Under the pieces are notes generated by a model. It had not been told where the DNA came from. It ran no database searches and saw only the letters and a program-made list of their open reading frames with translations. Source: a virus (taxonomy: Duplodnaviria > Caudoviricetes). From it: a stretch of DNA of 53,236 nt. Both the position numbers and the translations under genes were made by a program. Location: the IMG/VR virus record IMGVR_UViG_3300030098_002282, positions 1-53,236 of that record, one strand, 5' to 3'. Every line of letters begins with the position of its first letter. Positions within the stretch are counted from its first letter, which is position 1. Positions 48,597 through 53,236 of the stretch are shown here, piece after piece.

Positions 48597-48923
48597 ATGG
48601 CTTCACCTTTGTTAGAATGTACCATTTCCAATACATTCGCAGGTAGTCGCAAAGCTGTCAATGGTGTTATGACATTCGTTCATAAAACCGACAGCGATGG
48701 CAACCGTATCCGTACTAACAGTCTTAAAGTCACCTGTTCACAGAAGAGCAAATTGCCAGAGATTCTCTCGGCAAAGCGTATTCGCTCTGCTGTTGACCAG
48801 ATTGACAACCTTAAGGCTGTCCCGGATACTGACTACCGTAGAGCAAGTGAAATCACTGTCTTCGATGACACTAAATCGCATTCTGCGGTTTATAAACCGT
48901 TACCGAAGAAAGTGAAAATCTAG
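48597..48923 (+). CDS. First early gene, hypothetical basic protein
   Basis: AGGA RBS; followed by a strong terminator. Confidence 0.7.
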   Translation: MASPLLECTISNTFAGSRKAVNGVMTFVHKTDSDGNRIRTNSLKVTCSQKSKLPEILSAKRIRSAVDQIDNLKAVPDTDYRRASEITVFDDTKSHSAVYKPLPKKVKI

Positions 48924-48966
48924 TCTAGCGACTGGTTTCACTAGCCCTACTGCAGTATTGGCTGGT

Positions 48967-49017
48967 AAAGGATTCGTGACTCACCTCGGGGTGAGACATT
49001 ATCGAATCCTTTTTTTT
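48967..49017 (+). terminator. Intrinsic terminator
   Basis: AAAGGATTCG...CTCACC-TCGG-GGTGAG...CGAATCC followed by T8. Confidence 0.7.
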
Positions 49018-49106
49018 GTAAAAGCCTTTTAGGTAGTGGCATTCCTGTCACTACCTGCTTTTACATTTATTTTGTTATTACAATGATTAAGGTATAGGCA
49101 CTCAAA

Positions 49107-49277
49107 ATGAATAAAGAAGTGATTGAAATTTCTCGTGGCAATAAAATGCGTCAGGTAGTTGAGATAACAACTGTTAAAGGTAAAAAGAACCGCAAGGGTC
49201 AACCTTTAAAGTTATCTGTGACTAAGCATTTGTCACTTAACCCTAAACCTAAAAAGGGGGTATCTGATGCCAAATAA
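49107..49277 (+). CDS. Small basic protein, 56 aa (not in track)
   Basis: Open frame MNKEVIEISRGNKMRQVVEITT... Confidence 0.55.
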   Translation: MNKEVIEISRGNKMRQVVEITTVKGKKNRKGQPLKLSVTKHLSLNPKPKKGVSDAK

Positions 49278-49398
49278 AAAGGCTAAAGATGCAAAAAGGA
49301 AGAGATTGAAGAAGAATAGTCTTCTGAAGTCTATTGGTAGGACTGCCAATCAGATTAAGCGTATTGCAAAGAAGAAAGCACTAAAGGTGTTAAGATGA
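49267..49398 (+). CDS. Very basic small protein, 43 aa (not in track)
   Basis: AAGGGGG RBS; MPNKKAKDAKRKRLKKNSLLKSIGRTANQIKR...; ATGA-coupled to the next gene. Confidence 0.65.
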   Translation: MPNKKAKDAKRKRLKKNSLLKSIGRTANQIKRIAKKKALKVLR

Positions 49399-49697
49399 AT
49401 TGGGATATGATTATAAATGTTGGTATGTTTGGATTGGGCTGTTGTTTTGTCATAGTGGCAATGGCTCTCTTATGGTTTGGTAACTTTGACGATGAAAAGG
49501 AGGAAATTGAGTTTTATCCTCCAGAGCTTTTTGAAAATGATATAGAGGACATTGTCCAAAGTACTCATGATGATATATCAAATAAGCTTGACCAAGTCCA
49601 AAAGGATATTGATGCACTTGACGAACCTATGGTTGCGTCCATCATAGTCAAAATGGCTACAGATGATGTACAGGACATGATAGATGATTTGGAATGA
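49395..49697 (+). CDS. Membrane-anchored acidic protein
   Basis: N-terminal TM helix, acidic C-terminus. Confidence 0.7.
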   Translation: MNWDMIINVGMFGLGCCFVIVAMALLWFGNFDDEKEEIEFYPPELFENDIEDIVQSTHDDISNKLDQVQKDIDALDEPMVASIIVKMATDDVQDMIDDLE

Positions 49698-49720
49698 CCC
49701 GATTCCCTGTTGGAGAAGGG

Positions 49721-50484
49721 TAGATTTAGTTGAGTGGGCTGTTAGGGCTTTTCCTAATAGTCCACCCTCTAAGTTTAAAAAAATGAAGAAAGCTCAGCTA
49801 TGGGCTATCTATTTTAGCAAACGAAACCGAAATAAAGGAGGTGTAAATGCAGTAATATGAAACATATAATAATCCGCATTTCAGTCTTATTTATTTGTTT
49901 AGTCATCCATAGTCTTATGACTTATGGTTAATGAAAAGGGGGCTATTTTGTCCCCTTTTCTATTCTGGGGGAGTATAAGTATCGAGTCCTCCGAGACCTC
50001 ACATAAGAACATATTTTTATTCCCCCTAAAATTTGTATCGGGCTCTCAGACAGTATACTGAGCAATGGGATGAAGGCTACGCCAGAACCATTAAACAAAG
50101 TTACTGTGGTTACCATTGATAGCCAAAACACGCCTTATACACTCTTTCCCCTTGCACCAGTCTCGAGATTTTTGGTGTAGGGGGAAAGTGCTATATTTTT
50201 TTTGTACATTGGGGCAAGTATGCCCAGCAAGTCAAAAGTTTAATTTTGTCCTGTAAACGAGTGCTAGGGTTTTTATTCATGTTCCCTAGCATCCCTGAGA
50301 CATCCATATATAACTGTAGGTTTATTTATTTCCCTACTATCGGATGATTCTCAATTGTAGTGGTCAGTCAAGTGTACACGACTCAACTCCGTAAGCGAGC
50401 CACTACAAGATTTAAAAGGTTGGCGAAAGTATTATGTGGATTCATTGAAATTATTCAACACATAATGTTAGTAGCCAATCTTTT
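49721..50484 (+). ncRNA. Array of about 10 stem-loops (candidate sRNA cluster or processed leader)
   Basis: Consecutive inverted repeats whose mismatches mostly read as G-U pairs on the + strand. Confidence 0.55.
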
Positions 50485-50513
50485 ACCGGATAGATTTTCA
50501 TTAACAAGTACAA

Positions 50514-50696
50514 GTGAAAAGGAGGTTTGCTATGAGTAAACCAAAGTTCTCTAAGAGAACACCAACTGAGTTAACTGTGAAGGGTCTTCAAGAGAAGTTC
50601 CCAGATATTGTTTGTGGTGTAGTATCGTATAACAATGGAAAAGTAGCAGTTATAATCCCTAACGGTAGAGTCATTTTTGACTCTCGCCATAAATGA
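50514..50696 (+). CDS. Hypothetical protein (probable start at the internal MSKPK)
   Basis: AAGGAGG RBS before the ATG at 50532. Confidence 0.7.
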   Translation: MKRRFAMSKPKFSKRTPTELTVKGLQEKFPDIVCGVVSYNNGKVAVIIPNGRVIFDSRHK

Positions 50697-50890
50697 GTAA
50701 GGTAGACGAGGCTCTTGATAATATAAAAAAAGAGCTAGAGTTTATGGGTTACTCAAAAGATAAGGCAATTGAATTAGTTAAAAAAGATATAGATGAGGCA
50801 AATAGAATAATTGAAGAGTATTATGAAGAAATAGAAATGATGATAGATAATCATATTAATTCAATGGTCGATATCCGTAAAGGAGGTTAA
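50693..50890 (+). CDS. Hypothetical helical protein
   Basis: ATGA overlap; LEFMGYSKDKA resembles a UBA/RuvA-C-type helix-turn. Confidence 0.65.
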   Translation: MSKVDEALDNIKKELEFMGYSKDKAIELVKKDIDEANRIIEEYYEEIEMMIDNHINSMVDIRKGG

Positions 50891-50891
50891 T

Positions 50892-51107
50892 ATGGAAACA
50901 TTACTTATGATTCCATTAACTGTAACTTTAATTATTGTTGCACTTATGCTAACAATAGTCTTTCTTGTTTTTAAACTTACTTATCTACGAGATAGGATGA
51001 GATGGTGGAGAAGAGAGGCTATGAAATTAAATGGTAAGGTAGAAAAAGATAATAATAACTATTTAAAGAATAAAGCGAGGGCATGGTGGCTACGGAACCA
51101 AAGTTAG
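50892..51107 (+). CDS. Small membrane protein
   Basis: AAGGAGG RBS; N-terminal TM helix. Confidence 0.7.
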   Translation: METLLMIPLTVTLIIVALMLTIVFLVFKLTYLRDRMRWWRREAMKLNGKVEKDNNNYLKNKARAWWLRNQS

Positions 51108-51400
51108 AAGGTAAAGGTGAAAACTATGAAGTTAGACAAATTTCATGGTTTAAAACAAAAAAGGTCACTATTAGTGGCGAAAGAAGAGAAGTTCCTATAT
51201 TATGGGAAAAGAGACTGATTGGTATTTATCCAACATACGATGAATCGTTATTTATCTTGAGAAGGACTCAGGGTAATTACAGGAAGGAATGCGGAAAGCA
51301 AGGAATAAAACCAATTGCTCGATTTACCATTAGGAAGACGGGCTTAAAGCCCACAACCAGTAGCGTAGGAAACTACCTACAAAGCACAGGAGGTCATTGA
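51083..51400 (+). CDS. Hypothetical basic protein, coupled to the Ubl gene
   Basis: GAGG RBS; its TGA overlaps the Ubl ATG. Confidence 0.65.
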   Translation: MVATEPKLEGKGENYEVRQISWFKTKKVTISGERREVPILWEKRLIGIYPTYDESLFILRRTQGNYRKECGKQGIKPIARFTIRKTGLKPTTSSVGNYLQSTGGH

Positions 51401-51654
51401 TGGCTGAAGTACGCTATATGGCATACCACACAGGTGGTGTTCCTAAGACTGTAGATGCGTCTACCCCTGCTGAGATTGCTGAAAAAGAAGGATTTGGCAT
51501 TGACGATTCGCAAGTTGCGATTTATGTCGGTGGGAAATCTGCGACAGCTAATACTCGTCTTAAAGACGGGCAAGTTGTTTCTTTTCAGAAAGCTAGGCAA
51601 GAGTCTGGGAATGATAAGGTAAAAACTTATCTTGTCAAAATCCGAAGAGGTTAA
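51400..51654 (+). CDS. Ubiquitin-like (beta-grasp, ThiS/MoaD-type) protein, 84 aa
   Basis: AGGAGG RBS before the ATG at 51400; VAIYVGG...TRLKDGQVVSF matches the ThiS/MoaD pattern VAVNG...L.DGD.V.h; ...QESG70 followed by a 14-aa tail ending RRG; directly upstream of E2/JAB/E1. Confidence 0.8.
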   Translation: MAEVRYMAYHTGGVPKTVDASTPAEIAEKEGFGIDDSQVAIYVGGKSATANTRLKDGQVVSFQKARQESGNDKVKTYLVKIRRG

Positions 51655-51676
51655 CTAGTAACTTCTTCATATAATC

Positions 51677-51718
51677 GAACACGGGGGGCTGGGAAACAAT
51701 AACCAGCCCTCACGGTTC
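51677..51718 (+). promoter_or_regulatory. Stem-loop between Ubl and E2 genes
   Basis: GGGCTGG-gaaacaataa-CCAGCCC core with outer GAAC/GTTC pairing; no U tract. Confidence 0.5.
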
Positions 51719-51740
51719 ATAAAATAAAAGGAGGACAGAA

Positions 51741-53236
51741 ATGTTCCAATACAATCCAAAAGAATATGAAAGAATAACAGACCCAGAATATATAATAAAA
51801 TGTACCTACTATAATGAAGAACATAAGGTAACAATGAAGAGATTTATAGTAGAAGCTTTCAAAGAAACAAATAAAGACTTTCCGTTTGAAGATTTCTTAA
51901 ATGAATATGAGTTTCTATATGATGACATAAGAGAGCAAGTCTTACTTATTATTAGAGGAGCTAGACTTAGGCTTCGTAAATATTTTCATTTACCACCTAT
52001 TTATATAGCTTTCCCTATGACTGATGCTATGTCTCTTAATTGGGAACCTCAAATGTCTAGGTACTTACAAAAAATGGCTCCAATAGGTTTTCTTAACGAA
52101 GAAAGCAAGGAAGATGCTTATAAGCTATCTGAACATCCTTTCTCAGTATTATATCATCCACATATTGACTCAATGGGCTTTGCCTGTTATGGTAATTGGG
52201 GTGAAATCATACTAGAATGCACTGGTGCTTATCAAATAATAGAGAACTTAAGAGGATTTGTAAATGACTATAATGGTAGAAGTACTTTCTATACTGTAAA
52301 TCCCTATGCTTTTGATAGGAAAGAAAATATCAATACCTATTATGACCATTTTCAATTTCCTCAGCGTATAAATTCATTTGTTGCTTGTGGTTATCCTAGA
52401 ATTTGGCAATCTTGGTCTTCAATTATAGAAGGTGTCTTCGGAAATAATTGGATACTAGAAATGTGTGAAGAATTATCTCTTAATTATGAAACAATGAATT
52501 GGATACATAATTATATCACATATATAGATAAAAATGGTGCTAGCACAAACGACTACTATTCAATATTTGATGATTTTGTTAAAAATGGTGGAATAGAAGG
52601 AGTAGAGTATTATCAATATCCCGGTGACCATAAAGATAGTGAAGGAGAACGAATAAGGTATAACGAAGATGAATGGGAAATAGAAATGAAGAAATATAAG
52701 AAATACGAAGAAGTAAAGAATACTCACACTCCACAGTCTTTTAGTAACTATGTAGGTTTATGGCTACAGAGTAAAATTGGTTACAATTTTTCTAAAGGTG
52801 ATTTATCTGCTATAAAGCATGGATTAAAAAGTTGGGTATCAATAAATCTAGAGCGTGATGTAAGATACACAGAAAAGTATACTAAATGGAAAAGTAAAGA
52901 CCCTCAAGGATTCAGAATACATGGTATGCTGGAAACTATGGGAACTAGAACATTAGATTCAGATGGACCTAATTTTCTAAGCTCGGACTATGCTTCTCTG
53001 GTTTTTCTTTTAGCTAGTAATAGTAATATAGACCAGATTTTGAAAACTCTTTTCAATTTTGAAGATAAAGCAAGAGATTCATTACCAAATGATTCGTATC
53101 ATACGGCGATGAAAGAGGCAAAAATGGCTTCTGCTCATAAATACTCTCTATTAGAAGAAAAGAAAATGCTTACACCGAATATGAGCTTTGAAAATGGAAA
53201 GTTCTATCACAGTCATAATTCTTTTGATTTTAGATA
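51741..53236 (+). CDS. E2/UBC-like conjugating enzyme with a large C-terminal extension, 5' part (continues through the junction into 1-777; 706 aa total)
   Basis: AAGGAGG RBS; no stop codon found by manual translation; LYHPHIDSMGFAC149YGNW aligns with the canonical E2 motif IYHPNINSNGSICLD, with Cys 8 residues after the third HPx residue. Confidence 0.8.
   Translation, partial: MFQYNPKEYERITDPEYIIKCTYYNEEHKVTMKRFIVEAFKETNKDFPFEDFLNEYEFLYDDIREQVLLIIRGARLRLRKYFHLPPIYIAFPMTDAMSLNWEPQMSRYLQKMAPIGFLNEESKEDAYKLSEHPFSVLYHPHIDSMGFACYGNWGEIILECTGAYQIIENLRGFVNDYNGRSTFYTVNPYAFDRKENINTYYDHFQFPQRINSFVACGYPRIWQSWSSIIEGVFGNNWILEMCEELSLNYETMNWIHNYITYIDKNGASTNDYYSIFDDFVKNGGIEGVEYYQYPGDHKDSEGERIRYNEDEWEIEMKKYKKYEEVKNTHTPQSFSNYVGLWLQSKIGYNFSKGDLSAIKHGLKSWVSINLERDVRYTEKYTKWKSKDPQGFRIHGMLETMGTRTLDSDGPNFLSSDYASLVFLLASNSNIDQILKTLFNFEDKARDSLPNDSYHTAMKEAKMASAHKYSLLEEKKMLTPNMSFENGKFYHSHNSFDFR
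53085..53236. repeat. Terminal direct repeat, right copy
   Basis: CCAAATGATTCG...TTTTAGATA, same as 1-152. Confidence 0.95.

Noticed and set aside
49943-50131. - strand 62-aa ORF
   Set aside because: Antisense to the early block, lacks an RBS, and overlaps hairpins whose G-U bias favours the + strand.
49721-50484. CRISPR mini-array or tRNA cluster
   Set aside because: The stems differ in sequence, there is no repeat-spacer periodicity, and I found no cloverleaf with T-loop/CCA.

Overview
This window looks like a complete, circularly permuted genome (about 53,084 bp unique) of a lytic, podovirus-like tailed phage. Positions 1-152 repeat at 53085-53236. There are two opposing transcription blocks. 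The + strand early/middle block runs from about 48600 across the contig junction to 9642. The - strand late block runs from about 47990 to 9787 and encodes an endolysin, terminase, portal, scaffold, major capsid, tail proteins, a lysis-like cluster and ejection proteins. The main result is an apparently complete phage-encoded ubiquitin-like conjugation cassette that the contig break hides: Ubl (51400-51654), a 706-aa E2-domain protein (51741-53084 joined to 1-777, mostly missing from the ORF track), a JAB protease (701-1636) and an E1/ThiF (1572-2339). The cassette is coupled directly to the recombination/replication genes. The 3037-aa late protein carries a DLDGD two-barrel RNA polymerase active site and is a probable virion RNAP. 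The early non-coding regions contain dense stem-loop arrays, several with anti-Shine-Dalgarno sequences. I recognised no family A/B DNA polymerase, integrase, repressor, tRNA or CRISPR array. All calls come from manual motif recognition, not database searches.
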